A DNA stretch of 64,000 nucleotides, from the NCBI GenBank assembly GCA_964016885.1, contig OZ024741.1, positions 162,936,001-163,000,000 on the forward strand. Reading direction: 5' to 3'. The stretch's first letter is position 1. Every line of letters begins with the position of its first letter. Below, in pieces: positions 1 through 11,999 of this stretch. Both the position numbers and the translations under genes were made by a program. Under the pieces are notes generated by a model. It searched no databases, was not told where the DNA came from, and saw nothing but the letters and a program-made list of their open reading frames with translations. This DNA is from Eledone cirrhosa. Its lineage: Eukaryota.

Positions 1-600
1 AATAGTGTTCTTGATAGATCTAGGATGATTACAGTTAAAACTTACATAGTTTAGATTCTCATTAATTTTATGGAATGGATAGTAGAGCCCTGTTATAAAA
101 TTGTTATGAAATTGTTATAAAATTGTTAACTTTTTAGACGTAACATTTGCTGTAATTCCACTGCTTAAAGTTTCATAAAATATATACGTATATAATTCTA
201 ATTTTTTTTAAATTTTTATTTTAATTTTAATAATTTTTATTTCTTTATTTTTGTTTCTTTAATTTTTATTTCTTTAAAAATTACTTACCTCTTATAAATT
301 ATTTTTTTAAAATTTTCTCAAATTTTCAATGTTTTTTCAATACTTTTTCAATATTTTTTCAATACTTTATCAATATATTTTCAATATTTTTCAATAGATT
401 TATAACCACTAACTGATTCTGGCTAAACGTGTCTTTCAACATCTATACTTATTTTGACTAAATAGTCTCACACTAACGAATAAATAAATTAAACCGGAGT
501 TTTTTCGCAATGTTTAGACAATGTTTAGACAAATCACAAAGGCAATAAACGTAAATGAATTTCAAACAAAATTAAATAGAAAACATGAATAGAATAGCAA
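1..600 (-). mobile_element. Decayed AT-rich Naiad-like PLE, RT remnant (duplicate of 4420-5020)
   Basis: Minus strand near 1-100 reads TGLYYPFHKINENLNYVSFNCNHPRSIKN, resembling the PLE RT thumb motif Y.P..K.N....YV...SNHP. Confidence 0.6.
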
Positions 601-997
601 CATCACAACTTACAATTAAGGACAAAATGAAAACACACACACATTGAACAAACAACCAACCAGTAATATGTAAATAAACAAATAAATAAACAAATAAAAA
701 CACACACAGACCCGGATGTAACACATGCGCAAGCTAAGCACACAACACACACAAAAACAAGATGGCGTAGGACAGAACAAAGGAGAGGCACAAAACAAAG
801 ACAAGAATCCCCAGTCACCGAAGAGGTCACAGAATGTGTGACGAAAGAACTTTGACAATATATGAACAACCGTCCCTCCCACCGCTTGCTACTACTGGAC
901 TTGAAAACAGTCGAGAATATATAGTTTTCTCGTCTGTGTAAATGAGGTGATTAATCTCATTTGCATATGAAGCTGCATAAGTTGGCATAAGAGGGAT

Positions 998-1037
998 CGT
1001 CCTGACGATGGTCAGTCAAGCCTAAAATGCATAGACG
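998..1037 (+). ncRNA. Degenerate type I hammerhead ribozyme in a PLE-like terminus (~880-1110)
   Basis: cgtc-CTGACGA-tggtcagtcaagcct-aaa-ATGCAT-A-gacg. Stem I cgtc/gacg and palindromic stem III are present; the G of GAAA is lost. The segment ends in (TA)n. Confidence 0.5.
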
Positions 1038-1105
1038 GTTCTGCCCCTAGCTACGAAATTTCTATACATATTTGTATAAAACTATGCTTGAAGCGAAATC
1101 TTATT

Positions 1106-1148
<43 letters not shown>

Positions 1149-1619
1149 TGTGTGTGTATGTGTGTGTGCATGTGTGTTATAACATTTCTGTTATAAATTA
1201 TTTCATTAAACTTTGCTTATTAAGTGGCGGTTGATTCAACCTTTGTTTAACTCTATTAACTCCTTTGTAGAATAATAAAATTTGTTTTATCAAACGTTGT
1301 ATAGAAAAGGGAAGACAGTATTAACTGACCTAAAACTCATTAAGTATTAAACCATATGATACAATGAAATAAGTGTCTAGTTTGGTTTCGCTTCATTTTC
1401 TATCATTCACTACTTTAAGAACATTTTCACACACACACACACACACGTATATATATATATGTGTGTGTGTGTAGGAATCTGTAGATGAAAGATCAAGGAA
1501 AACAGTGTTCAATCTGAGAGAGCGTATTTAGTATAAACAAATCCTCCCTGCATACTGACAGCCGGCGGTTTGTGAGTATCCTATGCAGTCATTTCTGGCC
1601 CCACACCGAAATAGTGGAT

Positions 1620-2260
1620 GATAATTCGAGATTTTACGGCTAATGTTGGACACTAGATTCTTAAAAACCGTAGGTGCGTAGCAGGGCCCTCTGTTGAAGT
1701 ATTTTAGCATCTCATTCGGTTTATAACAGGATTTGTATGTACATGTTGGTAGGTCTAGGTTGACGTCGAGAAAGTTTACGCTAGTGAGGTTCGAGACGAC
1801 TGTGATTTTAAGTCCTATGGTGTTAAGGGTGTCTATCAGATCTTTACAGAACTTGTCCATATCGTTCCCCTTGCTGTCGTGGGTTAGAGAAAGACCGTCG
1901 TCACGGTATAGACCGATAGTGTGGTCGATGAATTTCTGCTTAAGCGTACGGAGGATGTATAATCCAACAATATTACATGTATCTGCGCTGTCATATGACC
2001 CCATCGAGATGTCAAATGAATCTTCTAGGTCGGATTTCCTTACCCAAGCGGTGCCATTATTGAACAGCTGTGCCCTTCTTGCATGGTAAATCAGGTAGAG
2101 CTCTTGGTTATTAATAGCTCCGAAGGTACAAACGAAGTCTAAGGCCTTATCTAGTAGTGGTGTAAAGGTCGGTTATATCGAACTGGGTGAACGTAGCTCT
2201 ATTTTTAAGTGGGATGTTTTTGAATCAGGATATAACTGAATGTGGTATTGTTCCAGAGCA
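1620..2260 (-). pseudogene. Penelope-like (Naiad-type) reverse transcriptase fragment
   Basis: Motifs KNIPLKNRATFTQFDI, HARRAQLFNNGTAWVRK, FDISMGSYDSADTCNIVGLYIL, GLYRDDGL, VNFLDVNLDL and YKPNEMLKY. Frameshifted and truncated (ORF 1528-2004). Confidence 0.85.
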
Positions 2261-2603
2261 ACAGGTTGATAATAGATTAGAAAGATTAGCAAAGTGAGAT
2301 GATTTTATTACTCTGAAGGATCACAAATCTGATTTTACGAATAGGCCATCCTGCAGGCTCCTAAAATCATCGCGAACAGAAGTAGAGCTAGCCAGTAACA
2401 AGATCTTAGGAGAAATAAACATGCGTAACAATACGATGTTTACAGTATCTTATAGAGTTACATTTTTTTGTTAACTTCTTCAAAATTTATTTCTATTTCA
2501 ATAGGACATTATAAAAGGAAATAACATAACATACACACTCTCCCCCACACACACGAGCACACACACACGCGCGCACACACACACTCGCGCACACACACAC
2601 GCG

Positions 2604-2726
<123 letters not shown>

Positions 2727-2969
2727 GTACACTTATATATCTTTGGAAAATTGAAAATGTGACAGTCCCAAAGAAAGAAAATAACTATAATAATAGTCGA
2801 TCACTATAGATAAAAGTTGAAAAGATTCTGAAACAAATGGACAGAGATGTCTATATATATATTTTATCTGGTGATTCTATAGACATGTTTTATGATATAT
2901 AGCTCTGATTATTTAATTTATTAACTTTTCATTGAGCCTCAATGTGACCCGTTGCAAAACACGTACATG

Positions 2970-3005
<36 letters not shown>

Positions 3006-3012
<7 letters not shown>

Positions 3013-3518
3013 CTTTATATGTAATAATCTCCCATTAGGTTGAGATACAAATTTGGCTGTATTGTGCTGTTCTTTCTAGCAAATAGCCACCAGCCGTAAG
3101 CAACTACCACACCCCTTCCAACCTGACCGCTCCTACGTCACGATTCTTAGCCATTTTGAATGTATTCTCGGCGCGATCACTTTGGAAAATTTAATGTCTA
3201 GATTAGAGCAAACTCCTGAAGAGTCCGATGCTCGAAATTCCGAATATATTGGAAATCTCAAAATGCGGACGAAACCATGGTAGAGGTAAATAAATGTATT
3301 CTCTTTTCTCCTAGTTTATTTTACACCTAATTCTGTTTAATTAACTGTATATCTGGGCGATTACGCTGTCGAAATATTCGATAAATATTCCGTCGCAGCC
3401 GACGCGAAGGGCTAGTTTCGGTTATTTGTTGGGGATTTCTTCATAGAAGCCTTATTCTTATAGCCTGGTCTATTCGATTTTTTATATAGTTGATTATGCT
3501 AATTGGGAGAAGAAATGG
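3006..3518 (+). mobile_element. PLE pseudo-LTR-like fragment carrying a hammerhead
   Basis: Non-coding segment between (TA)n tracts containing an intact hammerhead at 3213-3285. Confidence 0.6.
3213..3285 (+). ncRNA. Type I hammerhead ribozyme, intact core
   Basis: ctc-CTGAAGA-gtccg...cggac-GAA-ACCATGGT-A-gag: stem I ctc/gag, stem II gtccg/cggac with a long loop, palindromic stem III, GUA cleavage triplet. Confidence 0.85.
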
Positions 3519-3555
3519 TATATATTTTATCTGGTGATTCTATAGACATGTTTTA

Positions 3556-3593
<38 letters not shown>

Positions 3594-3633
3594 ATATTAA
3601 ATAAATGGAAACTATATTTATAACACCATATTT

Positions 3634-3690
3634 ATTTTATTATATTTCAAGGGTACCAAGACACATTGGTACGCTTTCATCAGATAAAAT
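3634..3690 (-). ncRNA. Type I hammerhead ribozyme, minimal stem III
   Basis: Minus strand: attttat-CTGATGA-aagcgtaccaa-tgtgtc-ttggtaccctt-GAA-ATAT-A-ataaaat. 7-bp stem I and a long stem II. Confidence 0.75.
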
Positions 3691-3848
3691 ACAAAGTTTG
3701 ATTTATAAATAGAGACATACCCATGAAAATCATACCTTATCGGTTGGAAATTCACTGGATAGTGGAAATATATTAGGGATTTTTCAAACTTATGTGTGAA
3801 TATGCAAATAAATATGTAAATAATTGAAAAACAACCGTTTATCTATGG

Positions 3849-3885
3849 AGAGAGAGAGAGAGAGATAGATAGATAGAGAGAGAGA

Positions 3886-3955
<70 letters not shown>
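3849..3955. repeat. (GA)n/(GATA)n microsatellite
   Basis: Seen directly. Confidence 0.9.
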
Positions 3956-3959
<4 letters not shown>

Positions 3960-5416
3960 ATAAGAGGAGGAGGATAAAATAGTGCGAGAGAGAGAAGAAA
4001 GAAACAAGAGAAGATGAATAAAAACTCATATAACGTTAATTTGAGGGAAATATATTCTAAGTATATATCTTAATAGTACATGTATTTACGATTATTAGTT
4101 GTTTAAAATTTGTTTATAATATAATATTTTTCTTCTGTTATAAGTAGATAAATAAATAAATAAATAAATAAATAAATAGATGGGTATATCATGTTATAGA
4201 TAATTGTTCTAATGAGTTATGAGGGATATTGGTTTTGTATTTAATGTAAATAAATATTAAGTTAAATTAAATTAAATTAACTGAGTTAATAAGAATATTT
4301 ATATTTATATGATTTAAAATGGGAAGATACGGAAAAGCGTCATTATAATATTCTGCCTTATCGTCAAACATGTTTTTATTAGCGGAGATGCGTGAAATCC
4401 GTTGTTGGACAGAATTGACAATAGTGTTCTTGATAGATCTAGGATGATTACAGTTAAAACTTACATAGTTTAGATTCTCATTAATTTTATGGAATGGATA
4501 GTAGAGCCCTGTTATAAAATTGTTATGAAATTGTTATAAAATTGTTAACTTTTTAGACGTAACATTTGCTGTAATTCCACTGCTTAAAGTTTCATAAAAT
4601 ATATACGTATATAATTCTAATTTTTTTTTAATTTTTATTTTAATTTTAATAATTTTTATTTCTTTATTTTTGTTTCTTTAATTTTTATTTCTTTAAAAAT
4701 TACTTACCTCTTATAAATTATTTTTTTAAAATTTTCTCAAATTTTCAATGTTTTTTCAATACTTTTTCAATATTTTTTCAATACTTTATCAATATATTTT
4801 CAATATTTTTCAATAGATTTATAACCACTAACTGATTCTGGCTAAACGTGTCTTTCAACATCTATACTTATTTTGACTAAATAGTCTCACACTAACGAAT
4901 AAATAAATTAAACCGGAGTTTTTTCGCAATGTTTAGACAATGTTTAGACAAATCACAAAGGCAATAAACGTAAATGAATTTCAAACAAAATTAAATAGAA
5001 AACATGAATAGAATAGCAACATCACAACTTACAATTAAGGACAAAATGAAAACACACACACGTTGAACAAACAACCAACCAGTAATATGTAAATAAACAA
5101 ATAAATAAACAAATAAAAACACACACAGACCCGGATGTAACACATGCGCAAGCTAAGCACACAACACACACAAAAACAAGATGGCGTAGGACAGAACAAA
5201 GGAGAGGCACAAAACAAAGACAAGAATCCCCAGTCACCGAAGAGGTCACAGAATGTGTGAGGAAAGAACTTTGACAATATATGAACAACCGTCCCTCCCA
5301 CCGCTTGCTACTACTGGACTTGAAAACAGTCGAGAATATATAGTTTTCTCGTCTGTGTAAATGAGGTGATTAATCTCATTTGCATATGAAGCTGCATAAG
5401 TTGGCATAAGAGGGAT

Positions 5417-5456
5417 CGTCCTGACGATGGTCAGTCAAGCCTAAAATGCATAGACG
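5417..5456 (+). ncRNA. Degenerate hammerhead (duplicate of 998-1037)
   Basis: Identical sequence at offset +4419. Confidence 0.5.
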
Positions 5457-5524
5457 GTTCTGCCCCTAGCTACGAAATTTCTATACATATTTGTATAAAA
5501 CTATGCTTGAAGCGAAATCTTATT

Positions 5525-5569
<45 letters not shown>

Positions 5570-6046
5570 TGTGTGTGTATGTGTGTGTGCATGTGTGTTA
5601 TAACATTTCTGTTATAAATTATTTCATTAAACTTTGCTTATTAAGTGGCGGTTGATTCAACCTTTGTTTAACTCTATTAACTCCTTTGTAGAATAATAAA
5701 ATTTGTTTTATCAAACGTTGTATAGAAAAGGGAAGACAGTATTAACTGACCTAAAACTCATTAAGTATTAAACCATATGATACAATGAAATAAGTGTCTA
5801 GTTTGGTTTCGCTTCATTTTCTATCATTCACTACTTTAAGAACATTTTCACACACACACACACACACACACACGTATATATATATATGTGTGTGTGTGTA
5901 GGAATCTGTAGATGAAAGATCAAGGAAAACAGTGTTCAATCTGAGAGAGCGTATTTAGTATAAACAAATCCTCCCTGCATACTGACAGCCGGCGGTTTGT
6001 GAGTATCCTATGCAGTCATTTCTGGCCCCACACCGAAATAGTGGAT

Positions 6047-6690
6047 GATAATTCGAGATTTTACGGCTAATGTTGGACACTAGATTCTTAAAAACCGTAG
6101 GTGCGTAGCAGGGCCCTCTGTTGAAGTATTTTAGCATCTCATTCGGTTTATAACAGGATTTGTATGTACATGTTGGTAGGTCTAGGTTGACGTCGAGAAA
6201 GTTTACGCTAGTGAGGTTCGAGACGACTGTGATTTTAAGTCCTATGGTGTTAAGGGTGTCTATCAGATCTTTACAGAACTTGTCCATATCGTTCCCCTTG
6301 CTGTCGTGGGTTAGAGAAAGACCGTCGTCACGGTATAGACCGATAGTGTGGTCGATGAATTTCTGCTTAAGCGTACGGAGGATGTATAATCCAACAATAT
6401 TACATGTATCTGCGCTGTCATATGACCCCATCGAGATGTCAAATGAATCTTCTAGGTCGGATTTCCTTACCCAAGCGGTGCCATTATTGAACAGCTGTGC
6501 CCTTCTTGCATGGTAAATCAGGTAGAGCTCTTGGTTATTAATAGCTCCGAAGGTACAAACGAAGTCTAAGGCCTTATCTAGTAGTGGTGTAAAGGTCGGT
6601 TATATCGAACTGGGTGAACGTAGCTCTATTTTTAAGTGGGATGTTTTTGAATCAGGATATAACTGAATGTGGTATTGTTCCAGAGCAACA
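6047..6690 (-). pseudogene. Naiad-type PLE RT fragment (duplicate)
   Basis: Same GSYD/GLYRDDGL/VNFLDV motifs (ORF 5955-6431). Confidence 0.85.
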
Positions 6691-7030
6691 GGTTGATAAT
6701 AGATTAGAAAGATTAGCAAAGTGAGATGATTTTATTACTCTGAAGGATCACAAATCTGATTTTACGAATAGGCCATCCTGCAGGCTCCTAAAATCATCGC
6801 GAACAGAAGTAGAGCTAGCCAGTAACAAGATCTTAGGAGAAATAAACATGCGTAACAATACGATGTTTACAGTATCTTATAGAGATACATTTTTTTGTTA
6901 ACTTCTTCAAAATTTATTTCTATTTCAATAGCACATTATAAAAGGAAATAACATAACATACACACTCTCCCCCACACACACGAGCACACACACACGCGCG
7001 CACACACACACTCGCGCACACACACACGCG

Positions 7031-7145
<115 letters not shown>

Positions 7146-7384
7146 TCACACACGCGCATGCGCTAAAATATATGAAAGTAAAACAGGCAAAGTTTGCCAA
7201 TATAAATCTAGAAGTGACGAAAGTAAATTTGTTATATTTCTAAGAAAGAAAAAGTAAACAAACGTAAGTATAATAAGAAGGGAAAAAAACCAAACTATAA
7301 AACTTCGCAAGAATCTTCCCACAATTCCAAGCCTATTCCTCCATATGTAATATTTGTCTTTGTGATTGTGTTCGCTATTAAATC

Positions 7385-8069
7385 TCTATGTATGTAGGTG
7401 TGAGTGAGTGTGTGTGAGCGAGTGTGTGTGTGTATGTATCTAGGTGTGAGCGAGTGTGTGATTGCATGTGTGAATGAGTGGCAGTGTGTCTGTGTGTATC
7501 TATGTTAAATGTCTGTGTATGTATGTAGGTGTGAGTGAATGTGTGTGTGTGTGTGTGTGAGCGAGTGTGTGTGTGTGAGTGTGAATGAGTGGCAGTGTAT
7601 CTGTGTGTATCTATGTTTGTTACATATTGCACGCATCTTATAAATGCGGTTATATACTGTTTCTATGTGTGTGCTTGTGTGTGTATTTGCATGTGTGTAT
7701 ATTTTTCCTATGTATACCTGTGTATTTGTGTATGTGTGTGTGTGTATTTTCTTATGTATGTCGGTATATTTGTGTGTATGTGTGTGTATTTTCTTATGTA
7801 TATCTGTGTGTTTGTGTTTGTATGTGTGTGTGTGTAGTTTCTTATGTATATTTGTGTGCGTGTATATTTTCTTATGTGTATCTGTGTATTTGTATGTGTG
7901 TGTGTGTGTATGTGTGTGTCGCTGTGAGTATTTTCTCATGTATATCTAGGTGTTTGTGTGTGTATGTGTGTGTGAGTGTATTTTCTTATGTATATCGGTG
8001 TGTTGTGTGTGTGTCTGTGTGTGTGTATTTTCTTATGTACATCTGTGTGTTTGTGTGTATTTTCGTATG

Positions 8070-8129
<60 letters not shown>

Positions 8130-8350
8130 TATGTATATCTATGTGTTTGTGTGTGTATTTTATTATGTATATCTCTGTGTGTATTTTCCTGTCTATATCT
8201 GTGTGTATGTGTGTGCGCGTGTATTTTCTTATGTATATCTGTGTCTATAGTTTCTTATGTATGTCTGTGTGTGTAGTTTTTTATGTATATCTGTCTGTTT
8301 GCGTTTGTGTGTGTATGTGTATTTTCCTGTATATATATGTGTGTTAGTGT
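7385..8350. repeat. Complex GT-rich minisatellite
   Basis: Recurrent gtattttcttatgtatatctgtgt core separated by variable (GT)n; source of many spurious ORFs. Confidence 0.85.
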
Positions 8351-8781
8351 GTGCACATTTACTTTCTATTGTCTCTCTTCAATGCATGGCAAGAAATAAC
8401 TTTTTACCAACTATTTTTTTAGTTTTTGAAGATATTTTAGTACCTGTTATACTTTGACGCCTACGTTTTCTTAACTATATAATAGAAATATATTTCAACG
8501 TGATTTATAAAAGATGGGTGTGCAGGTGTTGCTTCTCACTGCAGCAAATCTCCTTGTGGATTCTTCAGTAAACACTTGTTTAATGGTCACACTTTATTAA
8601 AAGTACTCCAGCTTATTACTGTCAATGCCAAATATAAATTGGCGTCACCGATCTCATTCATTTTATCATTGTCACAGGCCCAAATGTTGACATTGAGGAA
8701 CACAAAAAAAATCTACCGCAGAGAATGAAAAAGTAGGCTTTCGGCTTATAAAAAATTGTTTTTTTTCTTATTTAGACCCTC

Positions 8782-9369
8782 TTACTTGATGGGTACTTTA
8801 TTTTTATCAATCCTAGATGGATGAAAGGTAAAATTGGCTTAGGTGGAATTTGAACCCAGAACGTCCGACGCTTTAACGTCCCTGTCAACACACTGTTATC
8901 TTTATACCTCTAATAATTGTTTCTACTTTTAAATAATTGTTTCTGCTTTTTTATACGTGTAGTAATAATTGTTTCTACTTTTGGCACAAGGCCAGCAATT
9001 ATCCAGTACATTAATCGTATTTTATTTTATCGACTCCGTAAGGATGAAAGGTAAAGTTAACATCGGCGGGATTTGAACTCAGATCGTAAAGGGACGTAAT
9101 TATGCTGCAAAGCATGGTGTCTGACTCTCCACCGATACTGCCAATTCACCTCTAGTAATAATGCTTTCTTTATTAACCACAAGGGTTGACATAAAGTATA
9201 ACATTAAGGAGAGCACAAGACAGTACAGGATATACCTCTAATAATGGTTTCTTATATAGGCACAAGGCCAGAAATTTGGGGGATGGGAAAGTCAATTAAA
9301 GCGACCCAGTGCGTGACTGGTACTTTATTTTATCGACCCCGTAAGGATGCAAGGCAAAGTTAACCTCGG

Positions 9370-9444
<75 letters not shown>

Positions 9445-9563
9445 ATAATAATAATGGTTTCTGATTTAAGCAAAAGGCCAACAATTTTTTGGAGAAAGGA
9501 AAATCGATTAAATTGATCCCAGTGCATTACTGGTACTTAATTTTATCGACCTCATAAGGATGA
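8782..9563 (-). mobile_element. Cluster of tRNA-derived SINE family A copies (8782-8890 degenerate, 8963-9151, 9240-9370, 9453-9563)
   Basis: Shared core tactttattttatcgaccccgtaaggatgaaaggcaaagttaacctcggcgggatttgaactcag; B-box gagttcaaatc on the minus strand. Confidence 0.85.
9370..9456. repeat. (CTA)n/(ATA)n microsatellite
   Basis: Seen directly. Confidence 0.9.
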
Positions 9564-10387
9564 ACAATAATAATAATAACGATTGTAGGCTTTTGTTAAC
9601 TGTGGGAACAAGGAACAGTAAAGAATTCATACAGAAATGCTGAAAAATATTTAAACTAAGTGATCGCATAACGATGTTAGGATCCTGTCCAGCTAATGCA
9701 AATAGAATTTGATAGAGAAGTAGTCAGTCTGTCTGTTGTTGCTTAGTGCATAATCTGCCGCTAGTGCATAATCTGTTGCTAAACATAATCTGCCGATACT
9801 TCATGCGAGAAAGCCAATGATGATTTTGCTGATTTAAAAAAAAAATTCAATGTTCTAAAAGAAAAAGTAAAGAAAAAGATAGAAAGAAAATTGATATTCA
9901 TTAATTTGATAATATAATATTTTGATTGGGGGGGGGGGGGGGGACGACTGGGGTTTGAAATTTCACTGCAATATTAAATCCATAGAAATACTCAGAAAAT
10001 ATATTATAAAGCTGAAAAATATAACTTTAAAAAAATATGTATTGAAAACAGGGCATCTAATAACACTGTGTATACATTTTGGTTTCATTCCATGTGTCAT
10101 TTGAACTTTTCAAAGGAGGATCAACTTTTTAACAGGCAAGTTTTTTCTCAACGAACTTTAACGTAATTTAATTCCCTCGCAGAAATAAATTGAATAAAAC
10201 TAGTTTTATACAATTTTTTTACTATATTGAACATATTCACATAGTGATATAGAAGGTTAAAAAAGACAACTAAACATATTGAAAATTGAGTGAAATTGAA
10301 AGTTTACAAATAAAAGTTAATATTGTTTGGATAAGTGATAGTTAGTGTCATGTTATTTCAAATAGGAAACAAGTTAGGTAAAAAGTT

Positions 10388-10437
<50 letters not shown>

Positions 10438-10457
10438 ATGTATACATATATATATCA

Positions 10458-10642
10458 AATAACTGTTTCTACTTTAGGCACAAGGCCAGCAATTTCACAG
10501 TGCATTACTGGTACTTTATTTTATCGACTCCGTAAGGATGAAAGGCAAAGTCAACCTCGGCGGGATTTGAACTCAGATCGTAAAGGGACGTAACTATGCT
10601 GGAAAGCATGGCGTCCGACCCTCTACCGATACTACCAATCCA
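10458..10642 (-). mobile_element. SINE family A
   Basis: Matches the family consensus. Confidence 0.9.
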
Positions 10643-10696
10643 CAGGCCATATATATCAAATAACGGTAGTTAAGAAGGGATTAATTAATCCTACTG

Positions 10697-10769
<73 letters not shown>

Positions 10770-11070
10770 TGTGTATAATAAACATATATATAAAAAAAAA
10801 AATCAACGATGATTATTCAACCTAACTGCCAGTTCCTTCTAATCTTTCATACACCTGTGAATCATAATTTTGTCAGTGATGCAGACAAATAAACAGCGAT
10901 TTTGAGCTATAAGGCTTCTGCCAACATTGAATCATCTAACTCCAGTATTTTGATTTTATAGATAATATTACAATTTATTGTTATAAACAGTTAAAAGAAA
11001 ACATAATAAAACATTTCATTTATTTTATTTGGTTTCAAGTACGAAAATAAAGACATGGACATATATAATA

Positions 11071-11494
11071 AATAATTGTTTCTACTTTTGGCACAAGGCC
11101 AGCAAATACCCAGTTCATTACTGGTACTTTATTTTATCGACCCGGTAAGGATGAAAGGCAAAGTTAACCTCGACGGGATTTGAACTCAAACCGTAAAGGG
11201 ACGTAACTATGCTGGAAAGCATGGCGTCAGACCCTCTACCGATACTGCCAATTCACCGCCCTGATATATAATATATAATGGTTTCTACTTTTGGTACAAG
11301 GCCAGCAATTACCCAGTACTTTTTGGCACAAGGCCAGCAAATACCCAGTACTGGTACTTTATTTTATCGACCCCGTAAGGATGAAAGGCAAAGTTAACCT
11401 CGGCAGGATTTGAACTCAGAATGGAAAGGGCCGTAACTCTATGCGTCAAAGCATGGCGTCCGACCCTCTACCAATACTGCCAATCCACCGCCCC
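11071..11494 (-). mobile_element. Two tandem SINE family A copies (11071-11262, 11275-11494)
   Basis: Matches the consensus; the second has an internal ~32-bp duplication of the tail. Confidence 0.9.
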
Positions 11495-11774
11495 TATATA
11501 ATATATATATAATATATAATAAAGGATAGATATGTATTTCATACACTACTGCGATAAAATGATTTAGTCATTGATTTTTCATTATCGTTTCTACAGCTAG
11601 ATCCTAGTTCGGATCTAGAGTCAGGCAGTACAACATTAAGGACTAAGTAACAACAGACTGACTGACTACTTCTCTATCAAATTCTATTTGCATTACCTGG
11701 GCAGGATCCTAGCATCGTTAAGCGATCACTTAGTTTAAACATTTTTCAGCGTTTCTGTATGAATGCTTTACTGC

Positions 11775-11851
11775 CTGACTCTTTTCTTATTCTACTATTA
11801 AGTACTCTGGTGCCTTATGGTCCACCTGGTATCTTACCACGCACTCTCTGT

Positions 11852-11853
<2 letters not shown>
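11775..11853 (+). mobile_element. 3' tip of a PLE family (same family as 21846 and 23343)
   Basis: ctgactctttt...gtactctggtg...atggtccacctggtatcttaccac is the reverse complement of 23345-23438; ends in (TA)n. Confidence 0.7.
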
Positions 11854-11883
<30 letters not shown>

Positions 11884-11885
11884 TA

Positions 11886-11977
<92 letters not shown>

Positions 11978-11999
11978 CGTGTAATTATTAGATCTAGGC

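Larger units (their letters stand above)
3590..5020 (-). mobile_element. Internally deleted AT-rich Naiad-like PLE with terminal hammerhead
   Basis: Minus strand ~4330-4520 reads TGLYYPFHKINENLNYVSFNCNHPRSIKNTIVNSVQQRISRISANKNMFDDKAEYYNDAF (RT thumb). The 3' end has a hammerhead, abuts (TA)n and is homologous to 57960-59295. Confidence 0.7.
9616..11773. repeat. Inverted repeat pair, 132-bp arms (9616-9747 / 11642-11773)
   Basis: cagtaaagaattcatacagaaatgctg...cttagt is the reverse complement of actaagtaacaacagac...ctttactg; about 9 mismatches, no indels. Confidence 0.9.

Noticed and set aside
959-966. Octamer motif ATTTGCAT
   Set aside because: A single 8-mer inside a repeat fragment; expected by chance.
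7378-8457. Long Cys/Val/Tyr- or His/Thr-rich ORFs (also at 2493, 20937, 30233, 44563, 57086)
   Set aside because: Translations of (GT)n/(TA)n/(CA)n repeats, open in several frames; no coding signal.
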